Both the position numbers and the translations under genes were made by a program. A model generated the notes under the pieces. The model saw nothing but the letters and a program-made list of their open reading frames with translations. It made no database searches and was not told where the DNA came from. A stretch of 64,000 bases of DNA. Source: Trueperaceae bacterium. GTDB taxonomy: Bacteria; Deinococcota; Deinococci; Deinococcales; Trueperaceae. Below, piece after piece: positions 1 through 12,786 of this stretch. Positions within the stretch are counted from its first letter, which is position 1, and each line of letters opens with the position of its first letter. Location: positions 1,824,001 to 1,888,000 of the forward strand of contig OZ243956.1 of the NCBI GenBank assembly GCA_965214405.1, written 5' to 3'.

Positions 1-3000
1 ATTTCGCCGCCGTACATGCCCTTGCCCACGTAGTCTTGCGCCTCGCCCTCTAAGTGAAGCGTCACGCCGCGGTTGTTAAAAACGCCGAAAGATTGACCAG
101 CAGTACCCGTCAACCGCAGCGTCAGCGTGCCCGGCGGCAGCCCCGCGGCGTGATGGCGGCGCGCAATCTCCCCCGAAAGCCGCGCGCCTATAGAGCGCTC
201 GCGGTTGGTGACGGGGTAGCGCTTCTCGAGCACCTCCCCCCTCTCAACCGCCCCCCCAAAGTCGCGCCAGATGATTTCGTCTAGGGGCGGATTCTCTTCA
301 GGACGGTCGTTGTGGCGCGCTTGCGACCTACGCGCCTGCGTTCCGCTCGGGTCGGGATCGTTGAGCACCGCCGAGAGGTCGAGCGGGGCTTTGGGGAGGG
401 TGAGGGGTCTGGGCTCGAGCAAATCCACCCGCCCAATCACCTCGTCCAAGCTCCTGTACCCCAGCTCAGCCAGAATCATCCGCACCTGCTGCGCCACGTA
501 GACCATAAAGTTCACCACGTGCTCGGGCCGCCCCGGATACTTCGCGCGCAGGTCCTCGCGCTGCGTCGCCACGCCTACCGGACAGGTGTTGAGGTGGCAC
601 TGCCGAATCATCGCGCAGCCCGCCGCCACCAAGGCCGCCGTGCCGAAGCCGAACGCCTCGGCACCAAGAAGCGCCCCTATCATCACGTCGTGGCCCGTTT
701 TCATGCCGCCGTCCACGCGCAAGGTCACGCGGCCCCGGAGCCCGTTCTCCACGAGCACCCGCTGCGTCTCGGCGAGCCCGAGTTCCCAGGGCACCCCAGC
801 GTGCTTCACCGACGATAAGGGCGACGCGCCCGTGCCGCCGTCATAGCCCGAAATCTGGATGTTATCGGCGTAGCCCTTCGCAACCCCCGCCGCGATGGTC
901 CCGACCCCCGCCGTGGCGACGAGCTTGACCCCGACGCGCGCGGTTTTGTTCACACGCTTTAAGTCATAAATGAGCTGTGACAGGTCTTCAATCGAATAAA
1001 TATCGTGGTGCGGCGGCGGCGAAATGAGCGTGACGCCGGGGACCGAGCGGCGGATGCGCGCGATGTCTTCGGACACCTTGTGGCCCGGAATCTGCCCGCC
1101 CTCACCCGGTTTGGAGCCCTGCGCCATCTTGATCTCCAGCTCGTCCGCCGATACTAAATAGTCGGGCGTGACGCCAAAACGCCCCGAGGCAATTTGCTTG
1201 ATGGCGCTGTTAGCCAGGTCGCCCGCCTCGGGGTGCCAGGGTGCCTGACTCAGGTCGGGCCGGTCGGTTTCATAAGGGTGAAACCGCACCGGGTCCTCGC
1301 CGCCCTCGCCCGAATTGCTCTTGGCGCCAAGGCGGTTCATCGCCACCGCGAACGTTTCGTGCGCCTCGCGCGAGACCGAGCCGTGGCTCATCGCCTGGGT
1401 GGAGAAGCGCGTGACGATAGCCTCGACGGGTTCGATTTTGTCCAAAGGCAGCGGCGTTTTGGCGCGTTTGAGTTGCAAGAGGTCGCGCAAGTTGCACGGC
1501 GTGCGTTCGTCTACGAGTTTCGAATACTCCCCGTACGCCTCAAAGCTCTCCGTCCGCACCGCCTTGTGAAGCGCCTTGAAGACTAACGGGTTGAGCGCGT
1601 GGTACTCGCCCGCTTTGCGAAAGCGGTACAAGCCCCGGTCTTGTAAGGTGGCGTTTTCACCGTAAGCCTCAGCGTGGAAGCGCAACGCGTCCGTCCCAAA
1701 CACCTCCAGACCCGCCCCACCGATGCGGCTCGGGGTGCCGACGAAGTAACGGTCAATCACGCTTTCATCGATGCCGACCGCTTCAAAAATCTGCGCGCCG
1801 CGGTAGCTCGACAAGGCCGAAATGCCCATCTTGGACATGATTTTGAGCAACCCTTTTTCGACCGCCTTGCGGTAGTGCAATACCGCCGCCTCGGGCGTGA
1901 CAGGCTCGCCCCGCCGGGAGGCCTGGGGCACGTCTCGAGCTGTCGCCAGGGCCAAGTAAGGGTGAACGAGCGCCGCGCCGTAACCGATTAGGCAGGCATA
2001 ATGATGATCTTCGCGCGGCTCACCCGTGTCGCAGACGATGGCCGCGCGCGTCCGCAACCCCGCGTGCAAAAGGCGGTGGTGAACCGCCGCGGTCGCCAGG
2101 AGCATGGGCAGGGGTGCCCACGCCTCATCTACATCGCGGTCGGACAGGATGAGAAGACCCGCGCCCGCGCGCACGGCACGCTCGGCGGTGTCGGCCAAGG
2201 TCTCGAGCGCCCCTTCAAGCCCCTCCGGCCCCGCCGCCACCGGGAAACGCACCTCTAAGGTTTGCGCCTTGAACTGCGCTTGCGCCTCCAACCAGTCCAG
2301 CTCCCCCTGCGTAATAAGCGGCGCAGCGAACTTCATCACCGCGGCGGAGGCTTCAGTTTCCTCCAACAGACTTCCGCGCGGCCCCACGACCGTCTCTAAA
2401 GACATCACCAGCCGCTCGCGCAGCGGATCGATGGGCGGGTTCGTCACCTGCGCGAAACGCTGCTTGAAATAGCGGTAGAGGCTCTGCGGAAGTTCGGACA
2501 AAACCGCCAGCGGCGTGTCGTCGCCCATCGACCCCACCGGAACGGCGCTGTCAAAGACCATCGGCTCAAAGATGCGGTCGTAATCCTCGGAGGTGTAGCC
2601 GAACATCTTTTGGGTGCGCAGAAGCGTCTCGGCTTCCCACACATCCGGCGCTCTTTCGAAGTGGGGAGGCCGCAGCGTGCGCGTGTCCATCCACTCCCTA
2701 TAAGGCCGCCGCGCCGCGTAGCGCGCCTTGATTTCGTCGTTATATAAAAGCCGCCCTTCCACCGTGTCCACCGCCAGCATCATGCCGGGACCGAGCCGCC
2801 CGCGCTCGATGACCTCTTCCTCTAGGGGCACGATGCCCGCTTCCGAGCCCACCACCACCGTACCGTCCTTGCCGATCCAGTAGCGCTGAGGCCTCAACCC
2901 GTTGCGGTCTAAACCAGCCACCGCCACGCGCCCGTCGGTGAGGGCCAACGCCGCGGGGCCGTCCCAGGGCTCCATCAGCGTGGCGTGGTAGTCGTAAAAG

Positions 3001-4061
3001 CCGCGCAGGTCGGGGTCTAAGTCGCCCGTCTCCTCGAAAGCCTCGGGCACGAGCATCATGAGCGCGTGCGCGGGGTCGCGGCCCGACAAGACGAGAAGTT
3101 CGAACGCGTTGTCGAGCGCCGCCGAGTCGGAGCCGCCTGGTTCGATGACGGGCAAAATCTCTTGCAGCGCGTCACCCCAGACTGGGCTCGAGAGCACCGG
3201 CTCGCGCCCCCGCATAAAGTTGACGTTGCCCTGGAGCGTGTTGATTTCGCCGTTGTGGGCCAGAAACCGAAAGGGCTGCGCCAACGACCAGCGCGGCATC
3301 GTGTTGGTGCTGTAGCGCTGGTGGAACACGGCGATGGACGTTTCATAAACCGGGTCGGCCAAGTCGAGGTAAAAGGCTGACAACTGCGGCGCGACCATCA
3401 GTCCCTTGTAGGAAAGCGTACGGTGCGAGAAAGAAGGAATGTAAAAGCGGCCCAGGTCGGCGTCCCACAACGCGTTCTCAATGCGCTTGCGGGTGAGGTA
3501 GAGAAGCCTTTCAAACGCGTCACCGTCCAACCCCGCCGGACGCTTTAAGAGCACGTGCCGCAGGATGGGCCGCCGCCGCCGCGCCTCCTCGCCAAGGGCG
3601 TCGTCGTTGATGGGCACGTCGCGCCAGCCCAGGACCTCGAGCGCCGACCTCGTAATCGCCTCATCAATAAGCGCGTACATCCTTTCGACCGGGGCCTCAT
3701 TGGACACAAAAAAGACGCCGACGCCCAGGTCCTCATCGCGCTCCAACGTCACCCCCCGCGCCGCCAGCTCATGCCGAAAAAGCCCATGCGGTATCCCCGT
3801 AAGCACCCCCGCCCCGTCCCCCGTGAGGCCGTCCGCGCTCACCGCCCCGCGGTGCGAGAGGTTTTGCAGTGCGGTGAGCGCACGTTGAAGCGTCTTGTGG
3901 CTCTTGCGCCCCCGAATGTCGGCGACAAAACCCACCCCGCAGGCGTCGCGCTCTTCGGGCCAGGCGAGCGTTCCAACGTCGGAATATCTCACGGCACGTT
4001 TCGTGTCGACTCTTGTCTGAGTTTTTACCCCAGCCTGCTCACTCGTTCTCTCATCGTTCAT
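1..4061 (-). CDS. gltB: Glutamate synthase large subunit (C-terminus runs off the left edge)
   Basis: Not in the ORF track because there is no stop in the window. Manual minus-strand translation from ATG at 4061: MNDERTSEQ...EERDACGVGFVAD (Ntn Cys), HQRYSTNT, HNGEINT, EPWDGPA, QRFAQVTNPPID, IKQIASGRFGV, ISPPPHHDIYSIEDL, CHLNTCPVGVA, GKGMYGGE. Confidence 0.97.
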   Translation of the reverse strand, partial: MNDERTSEQAGVKTQTRVDTKRAVRYSDVGTLAWPEERDACGVGFVADIRGRKSHKTLQRALTALQNLSHRGAVSADGLTGDGAGVLTGIPHGLFRHELAARGVTLERDEDLGVGVFFVSNEAPVERMYALIDEAITRSALEVLGWRDVPINDDALGEEARRRRPILRHVLLKRPAGLDGDAFERLLYLTRKRIENALWDADLGRFYIPSFSHRTLSYKGLMVAPQLSAFYLDLADPVYETSIAVFHQRYSTNTMPRWSLAQPFRFLAHNGEINTLQGNVNFMRGREPVLSSPVWGDALQEILPVIEPGGSDSAALDNAFELLVLSGRDPAHALMMLVPEAFEETGDLDPDLRGFYDYHATLMEPWDGPAALALTDGRVAVAGLDRNGLRPQRYWIGKDGTVVVGSEAGIVPLEEEVIERGRLGPGMMLAVDTVEGRLLYNDEIKARYAARRPYREWMDTRTLRPPHFERAPDVWEAETLLRTQKMFGYTSEDYDRIFEPMVFDSAVPVGSMGDDTPLAVLSELPQSLYRYFKQRFAQVTNPPIDPLRERLVMSLETVVGPRGSLLEETEASAAVMKFAAPLITQGELDWLEAQAQFKAQTLEVRFPVAAGPEGLEGALETLADTAERAVRAGAGLLILSDRDVDEAWAPLPMLLATAAVHHRLLHAGLRTRAAIVCDTGEPREDHHYACLIGYGAALVHPYLALATARDVPQASRRGEPVTPEAAVLHYRKAVEKGLLKIMSKMGISALSSYRGAQIFEAVGIDESVIDRYFVGTPSRIGGAGLEVFGTDALRFHAEAYGENATLQDRGLYRFRKAGEYHALNPLVFKALHKAVRTESFEAYGEYSKLVDERTPCNLRDLLQLKRAKTPLPLDKIEPVEAIVTRFSTQAMSHGSVSREAHETFAVAMNRLGAKSNSGEGGEDPVRFHPYETDRPDLSQAPWHPEAGDLANSAIKQIASGRFGVTPDYLVSADELEIKMAQGSKPGEGGQIPGHKVSEDIARIRRSVPGVTLISPPPHHDIYSIEDLSQLIYDLKRVNKTARVGVKLVATAGVGTIAAGVAKGYADNIQISGYDGGTGASPLSSVKHAGVPWELGLAETQRVLVENGLRGRVTLRVDGGMKTGHDVMIGALLGAEAFGFGTAALVAAGCAMIRQCHLNTCPVGVATQREDLRAKYPGRPEHVVNFMVYVAQQVRMILAELGYRSLDEVIGRVDLLEPRPLTLPKAPLDLSAVLNDPDPSGTQARRSQARHNDRPEENPPLDEIIWRDFGGAVERGEVLEKRYPVTNRERSIGARLSGEIARRHHAAGLPPGTLTLRLTGTAGQSFGVFNNRGVTLHLEGEAQDYVGKGMYGGE

Positions 4062-4233
4062 GGTGTGGACCCTCTCTCGCACGCGTTTGGAGGAAACAAG
4101 ACAGCGCGTCGCTCTCTTCGCGGTTACTCCCCAAGCCCCCACACCTGACTACCCTGGTGTGCTACCGCAAGAGCATACAGCGCATCGCAATCTTTAACGG
4201 GACGGTCTCGCCAAAGCGTCAACCGTGACGCTC

Positions 4234-4263
4234 AGTATAGCGTCTCCAGCGGCACCATGTCAA
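4234..4263 (-). promoter_or_regulatory. Sigma-70-type promoter of gltB
   Basis: Minus strand TTGACA-18 nt-TATACT, about 170 nt upstream of the gltB ATG. Confidence 0.7.
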
Positions 4264-4422
4264 TTTTAGAGGGTCCGCTTAACAACGCCTATGACAACTT
4301 TTCCTTCTTCGGGAAAAGCGTCGTTGGAGTTTTCTAACGTTTGTCTTTATGCCCAAAGACCTTCAACCCATAGGCGAAGAAGGCGTATAGATATGCAAAA
4401 CTGTATGCGGTTGGCAGGTAGG

Positions 4423-6033
4423 TCAGCTCGAGCCCATCACCGCCCGCGCCACCTGCGGCACCACCTCGTCCTTGACGAGCTTGTATTCGAGCGCGTCAAT
4501 CAGCGCTTCATACGACGCGTCGATGATGTTGGTGCTCGCGCCCACCGTGCCCCAGGTGTCGCGCCCGTCGGTCACCTCGACGAGCACCCGCACCACGCTG
4601 GCGGTGCCCGTTTCGGGTCCTGAAAGCACGCGCACCTTGTAATCGGTCAGCTTGAGCGTTTCCAAACTCGGATAAAAACGCCCCAGCGCCTTGAGGAGCG
4701 CCGCGTCGAGCGCGTTCACGGGTCCGTCGCCGGTGGCGGCGGTATGTTCCAAGCGCCCTCCCACCTCGACCTTGATGGTCGCTTCGCACACAGGTTCACT
4801 GTCCGTGTCGCGTTTGTCGATATAGACGCGGTAGCCGTGCAGCACAAAATAAGGCTGAGCCGCGCCGCGCACCCGCCTATTCATAAGCCTGAAACTCGCC
4901 TCGGCTCCCTCGAAAGCGTAACCGCGGTTCTCGAGCTCTTTAAGCCTCTCCAGCACCTCCCGCACCGCCGGGTCTTTCGTATGGACCACCTCGCCAAACT
5001 CGCCCGCCTTGGCGAGTAAGTTGGCGCGCCCTGAAAGGTCCGACAGGAGCACGCGGCGCTGGTTGCCGACGCTCGAGGGGTCGATGTGTTCGTACGTCTT
5101 GGGGTCCTTATTGACCGCCGACACGTGGATGCCGCCCTTGTGCGCGAAGGCGGTATCGCCCACGAACGCGGCGCGCAGGTTCGGCTGCAAGTTGGCCCGC
5201 TCGTCCACATAGCGCGACAGCTCGCGTAGGCCGCTCAGGTCTTGGGGCTGCTCGAGGCCCAGTTTGAGCACCAGGTTGGGGAGGATGCTGACTAAGTTCG
5301 CGTTACCACACCGCTCCCCGTAGCCGTTCACCGTTCCCTGCACGTGCGTCGCCCCCACCCGTACACCCGCGAGCGAATTCGCTACCGCCAGTTCGCTGTC
5401 ATTGTGCATGTGCACCCCGACGGGCACGCCGAAGCGCTCACAAACCTCCGCCACACGTTCAGCGACGACGTCAGGCAATGAGCCGCCGTTGGTGTCGCAA
5501 AGAACGAGCCTGTCCGCCCCGCCCTTGACCGCGGCCTCGAGGGTCGACAACGCGTAAACCGGATTCGCCCGGTAGCCGTCGAAAAAGTGCTCGGCGTCGT
5601 GAATGACCATTTTCCCCTGCTGTTTAAGATAACGCACGGAGTCTTCAATCATCTCTAAGTTCTGCGCCAACGTCGCCCCCAACGCCTCGAGCACGTGAAA
5701 ATCCCACGATTTGGCGACGAGCGTCACCACGGGCGTCTCGGCCTCGAGGAGCGCCCGGAGGTTGGCGTCCTCTTCGACCGCGCTGTTCTTGTGCCGCGTC
5801 GAGCCAAAGGCGGCGAGCCGCGCGTGCGCCAGAGGCACGCCTTTCATCAGTTCGAAAAACTTAACGTCTTTGGGGTTCGAGCCCGGCCAGCCGCCCTCGA
5901 TAAAGTCCACGCCGAACGCGTCCAGACGCTTGGCGATGGCGACTTTGTCCTCGCTCATTAGGGTGAAGTCTTGGCCCTGGGTGCCGTCGCGGAGGGTGGT
6001 GTCGTAGATTTCGATGGTCTTCAATGTGCTCAA
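4423..6033 (-). CDS. cimA: Citramalate synthase
   Basis: DRE-TIM motif YDTTLRDGTQG, IEGGWPGSNPKD, DAEHFFDGY, AFAHKGGIH and a LeuA-type regulatory C-terminus. It sits in the BCAA operon beside a separate canonical leuA. Confidence 0.9.
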   Translation of the reverse strand: MSTLKTIEIYDTTLRDGTQGQDFTLMSEDKVAIAKRLDAFGVDFIEGGWPGSNPKDVKFFELMKGVPLAHARLAAFGSTRHKNSAVEEDANLRALLEAETPVVTLVAKSWDFHVLEALGATLAQNLEMIEDSVRYLKQQGKMVIHDAEHFFDGYRANPVYALSTLEAAVKGGADRLVLCDTNGGSLPDVVAERVAEVCERFGVPVGVHMHNDSELAVANSLAGVRVGATHVQGTVNGYGERCGNANLVSILPNLVLKLGLEQPQDLSGLRELSRYVDERANLQPNLRAAFVGDTAFAHKGGIHVSAVNKDPKTYEHIDPSSVGNQRRVLLSDLSGRANLLAKAGEFGEVVHTKDPAVREVLERLKELENRGYAFEGAEASFRLMNRRVRGAAQPYFVLHGYRVYIDKRDTDSEPVCEATIKVEVGGRLEHTAATGDGPVNALDAALLKALGRFYPSLETLKLTDYKVRVLSGPETGTASVVRVLVEVTDGRDTWGTVGASTNIIDASYEALIDALEYKLVKDEVVPQVARAVMGSS

Positions 6034-6069
6034 CCCCTGGGTCTAAACGTAACGGGTTCAAAAACAAGG

Positions 6070-6426
6070 CTAAACAGATTCAACGCTCCATTCACCCGTT
6101 GCAAACTCTGTAAACGCCCGGTGAGCGGGTTCGTAATAGGCAAGCACGATAGCCGCTTTTGGAACGCCCAGCGCCACCAAATCGTTAGCAACACCGTGCT
6201 CCGTTCCGTCGTACTGAATCCAAACCTGCTCGCCAATTAAGTCTATGTGAATCAAGCTTCCGCAATAACGCTTGTCGCCAATCCAACCGACCTGTACAAG
6301 ATGATAATGGTCGCGCACCTCATCGAAAACGAGTTGGTAGTCAAGTGGCTTGACCGCTTTGGTGTGTTCCAACTGCTCGGTCAACACCTGCTTGACAAGC
6401 TGACGATAGTTTTCTAGCTCTGCCAT
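6070..6426 (-). CDS. xisI: XisI family protein
   Basis: LVFDEVRDHY..VGW...R..G.LIHID....WIQYDGTE.GVA.DLV..GVPK..IVLAY, the typical XisI pattern; overlaps the xisH stop. Confidence 0.9.
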   Translation of the reverse strand: MAELENYRQLVKQVLTEQLEHTKAVKPLDYQLVFDEVRDHYHLVQVGWIGDKRYCGSLIHIDLIGEQVWIQYDGTEHGVANDLVALGVPKAAIVLAYYEPAHRAFTEFATGEWSVESV

Positions 6427-6830
6427 GACACGATTTCCTTTCGCTCGATATGATAAACGATCAGGTTGAGCCTTTCCGTTTTCACGATGGTCTGCGTCAA
6501 GCTGCGGTCGAAGAAACTGTTGTAAACCCCGCTCGGCACCGCTAAATAGAGAACGCGCTCGGGGTCCTCGAGCGCCAACGCCGTCCTATAGGCGACAAAC
6601 TGCCCGAGGGCTCCGTAAAAATCGTGCAGGAACGATGGGCTGATAAAGCTTTTGACCTCCACAGCAATCCGCTGCTTCTCTTTCTGCGCCGCCAGCACCT
6701 TTTCCGCCCCTAAGTCAATCTGCAACGGATTGAATTCAGGGATTATCAGCCTGTACGGGTCGTGGGTTATTTCCCAACCATCCTTGATAAGCGCTTCTTT
6801 TACAGTGTCGTGAAACTTGTCTCTCGCCAT
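6414..6830 (-). CDS. xisH: XisH family protein (PD-(D/E)xK-like)
   Basis: MARDKFHDTVKEALIKDGWEITHDP, IDLGAEKVLAA, IAVEVKSF, ALGQF..YR.AL, LYLAVP. Start set at the ATG at 6830 from the family N-terminus. Confidence 0.9.
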   Translation of the reverse strand: MARDKFHDTVKEALIKDGWEITHDPYRLIIPEFNPLQIDLGAEKVLAAQKEKQRIAVEVKSFISPSFLHDFYGALGQFVAYRTALALEDPERVLYLAVPSGVYNSFFDRSLTQTIVKTERLNLIVYHIERKEIVSWQS

Positions 6831-6881
6831 CAGCGTGACATTAGCCTCATAAAAATTTGTGGGTGTCATAGATTTCAATAC

Positions 6882-7139
6882 TCATGTGCAGCTCGCCACC
6901 TTGCCTTGCGTCACCATCAACTCTTGCAAGAACTCGGGGGCGAAGTCCGCGCCGTCTTCCCAACTCAAGGTGTAACCGCGCAAGGAAAAGTTTTTGAAAT
7001 AGTCGCTGTTTTTGAGAGATCTAAACACTTTGCCGTCCAACTCACCCGACAAATCGACTTCGCCCGCCGAGCCGTCATTGAACTCGAGCCAAACGCGGTA
7101 CTCACCAAGATAAATTGCTTTGCCTACGTGCAAAAACAT
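6882..7139 (-). CDS. DUF2442 family protein (putative antitoxin)
   Basis: YRVWLEFNDGSAGEVDL...G.VF..L....YF......TLSWEDGADFAPEFL matches DUF2442. Confidence 0.85.
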   Translation of the reverse strand: MFLHVGKAIYLGEYRVWLEFNDGSAGEVDLSGELDGKVFRSLKNSDYFKNFSLRGYTLSWEDGADFAPEFLQELMVTQGKVASCT

Positions 7140-7142
7140 AAG

Positions 7143-7190
7143 TTACTCCAGGGGAAGAAGGAGTTGAATAGAGCGGCTAATCTCGGGCAC
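7143..7190 (-). pseudogene. Internally deleted DUF4160 toxin remnant (15 aa)
   Basis: GTG-start mini-ORF MPEISRSIQLLLPLE directly upstream of DUF2442. MPEISR and PLE* match the usual first and last residues of DUF4160 proteins, the normal partner of DUF2442. Confidence 0.6.
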
Positions 7191-7346
7191 TTACCGACTG
7201 GACTCGAGCGCCTCTTCAAGAACCACTTTGAGGCTATTTAGCAACTCTTCTTGAGTCCGCTCCTGCGCGTTGACGGCGGAAACTTCTTCAACCCAGCCAA
7301 TCCACCACTCCCCACGTTCCTCAACGATGGCCGTGTAGGTGTTCAT
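7191..7346 (-). CDS. HicB-like antitoxin, short (51 aa)
   Basis: Manual translation MNTYTAIVEERGEWWIGWVEEVSAVNAQERTQEELLNSLKVVLEEALESSR; below the ORF-track cutoff; no hicA next to it. Confidence 0.75.
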   Translation of the reverse strand: MNTYTAIVEERGEWWIGWVEEVSAVNAQERTQEELLNSLKVVLEEALESSR

Positions 7347-7507
7347 TTTTTGTTTCGCCCCTCACTCGCGGTACGAAAATTTGGGTTGAGGTCGAAGACG
7401 ACATCAGGCGCATCCGTGTCAAACTCGGTGAAGTCGTGTTCATCCCAAAACTCACCCATTTTCTCGAGCGTCTGAGCTTTTGAGATGCCCGTTTTACCTT
7501 CCGCCAT
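7343..7507 (-). CDS. BrnA/CopG-like antitoxin N-terminal fragment (54 aa)
   Basis: Manual translation MAEGKTGISKAQTLEKMGEFWDEHDFTEFDTDAPDVVFDL...; the EFWD.HD.T.F motif is typical of this family. ATGA overlap with the HicB-like ORF; starts 6 nt after the leuA stop. Confidence 0.6.
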   Translation of the reverse strand: MAEGKTGISKAQTLEKMGEFWDEHDFTEFDTDAPDVVFDLNPNFRTASEGRNKK

Positions 7508-7513
7508 ATCTTC

Positions 7514-9064
<1,551 letters not shown>

Positions 9065-9252
9065 GAGAGAGTCCTTTCGGAGAATAGAGAGCTTTTTTAA
9101 CCGTCAGTCACAGGAACCAAAACCTAACGTAGTCGCTGGTTGTTACCGAGCCTGCGGTTCAGATTGAGGTGTTTTTGCGGGCGCTCGAGCCTCATCTCCC
9201 AGCCTCCTAAAAGGTCTCTAAAAGCTTTTCTCTAACCACTACCCACTAATCA

Positions 9253-10863
<1,611 letters not shown>

Positions 10864-10867
<4 letters not shown>

Positions 10868-12600
10868 GCGGGTTCCTTGTCACTCTGCACTTCGCCGTAG
10901 ATAACTGCATCATAATCGGCCTCGGGCTCCTGGTCGCCGATCATCATCTGGTCCACGCCCGCGCCCGCCGGGATCATCGGGAACACTTTGTCGGCTTCGT
11001 AGACAAAGAAATTCATCACCGCGGGCTTGCCCTTCGCCAGTACCTCCGGGACGAGCGCGCGCGCCTCCTCGCGGGAGTGGACGTTGTAGCCGTCGATCCC
11101 GTAGGCCTCCGCGAGTTTGGCGAAGTCGGGGTTGGAGTCGGCCAGATAGACCTCGCTGTAACGCTCCTCGTGAAACATCTCCTGCCACTGGCGCACCATG
11201 CCCAAAACACCGTTGTTGCAAATCGCTATCAAAATGGGGAGCTGGTGCTTGTAAATCGTCGCCAACTCCTGAATGTTCATCTGCACCGAGCCGTCGCCCG
11301 CCACGCACACCACCTGCTCGTCGGGTCGCGCAAAGGCCGCGCCGATGGCGGCGGGCAGGCCGAAGCCCATTGTCCCTAAGCCCCCCGAGGTGAGCCAGGT
11401 GCGCGGCTTGTTGGTCGGGAAGAGGCGCGCGGCGAACATCTGGTGCTGGCCGACTTCGGTGGTGACGATGCAGTCGCCGTTTGTGGCGTCGCGGAGGAGT
11501 TCGATGACCTCTTGGGTGACTAATGGCTTGTCGCGTTTGTAACGTTCGGGGTAGCGCGTTTTCCAGGCGTTGAGCTGCGCCCACCAGTCGTCCAGTTGGA
11601 GGGGCTCGAGCGCCTCCCCCAACCGCGGCAGCACGTCGCGCAAGTCGCCCACCACGGGCACGTGCGCTTTCACGAGTTTGGAAATCTCGGCGGGGTCAAC
11701 GTCGATATGAACAATCGTCGCCTCGGGCGCAAAACGCCGCACATTGCCCGTGACCCGGTCGTCGAAGCGCAGCCCCGCGCCGATGATGAGGTCGCAGTGA
11801 CTTATCGCGTGGTTCGCGGTGACCGTGCCGTGCATCCCCGGCATCCCCAGCGCGTTGGGCAAACCCGCCGGATACGCGCCGATGCCCATGAGCGTGGTGA
11901 TAATCGGGACGCCCGTCCGCTCAGCAAAGGCCATCACCTGCTGCGCGGCCACCTGCCCGCCGCCCCCCACCATCATCACGGGCCGCTCCGCCTTGCGGAT
12001 GGCCTCGGCGGCGCGTTTAATCTGCCCCGCGTGCCCCGTCACGGTGGGTTTGTAACCGGGGAGGTCGATTTCTACATCAAAGGTGCCCGTAAAGGTCTCG
12101 TTCTGAATGTCCTTGGGAATGTCGATGAGCACGGGGCCGGGTCGGCCTGTCGAGGCAATGTGAAAGGCTTCTTTGACGACGCGCGGGATGTCGTTTACGT
12201 GTTTGACGAGGTAATTATGCTTCGTCACCGGCCCGGTGATGCCGTACACGTCCGCCTCCTGAAAGGCGTCGGTGCCAATTAACGACGAGGGCACGTTGCC
12301 CGTGACTGCCACCAAGGCCGAGGAGTCCATGTGGGCAGTGGCGAGACCCGTGACCAGGTTTGTCGCGCCGGGGCCGCTCGTCGCAAAGACCACGCCCGGC
12401 CTGCCGCTCGCGCGGTAGTAGGCATCGGCGGCGTGCGCCCCGGCCTGCTCGTGGCGCACCAGGATGTGTTTGATGGGCGAATCATAAAGGGCGTCGTAAA
12501 CGGGCATAATCGCGCCGCCGGGGTGACCGAACACCAGGGTGACGCCTTCGCGCTCGAGCGCCTTGAGCAGAACTTCAGAACCTTTCACAGTAGCCTCCAC
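10864..12600 (-). CDS. ilvB: Acetolactate synthase large subunit
   Basis: FGHPGGAIMP, RHEQ, TSGPGATN, DAFQEAD, GMHG, RFDDRVTG, SGGLGTMGFG, GDGS...NN TPP-binding motif. Confidence 0.98.
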
Positions 12601-12642
12601 TTTCCTTACGCGCCTCTTTGCATCATTCTTTGCTTAACACAC

Positions 12643-12671
12643 AAAAAACCCCGCCAATGGGTTTGGCGGGG
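12643..12671 (-). terminator. Attenuator terminator hairpin of the ilv leader
   Basis: Minus strand CCCCGCCAA-ACCCA-TTGGCGGGG-TTTTTT between the leader peptide and ilvB. Confidence 0.9.
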
Positions 12672-12694
12672 TGTGTGAACGAACCTTTGTCAGC

Positions 12695-12778
12695 CTAGCC
12701 GACGACACCCCTGCAAGGTAGAATTAGAACTTCTAGCGCGAACGTAAAAAACGTAGGCGTGTGAACAGGGGCGCTCAT
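12695..12778 (-). CDS. ilv operon leader peptide (27 aa)
   Basis: MSAPVHTPTFFTFALEVLILPCRGVVG with control codons CTA-GAA-GTT-CTA-ATT-CTA. GGGGTGT in its 3' end can pair with ACACCCC in the terminator 5' arm. Confidence 0.85.
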   Translation of the reverse strand: MSAPVHTPTFFTFALEVLILPCRGVVG

Positions 12779-12786
12779 TAAGCGTG

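Noticed and set aside
54..4148. Many plus-strand ORFs in the track over the first 4 kb
   Set aside because: They are shadow frames of the minus-strand gltB, which the track missed because it has no stop in the window.
6070..6830. XisH/XisI as evidence of an excisable fdxN-type element
   Set aside because: No recombinase, no flanking direct repeats and no interrupted gene are visible.
9124..9195. 23-aa ORF with an SD (MRLERPQKHLNLNRRLGNNQRLR) upstream of leuA as a second attenuator peptide
   Set aside because: Leu codons are scattered with no run, and no clear terminator/antiterminator pair follows.
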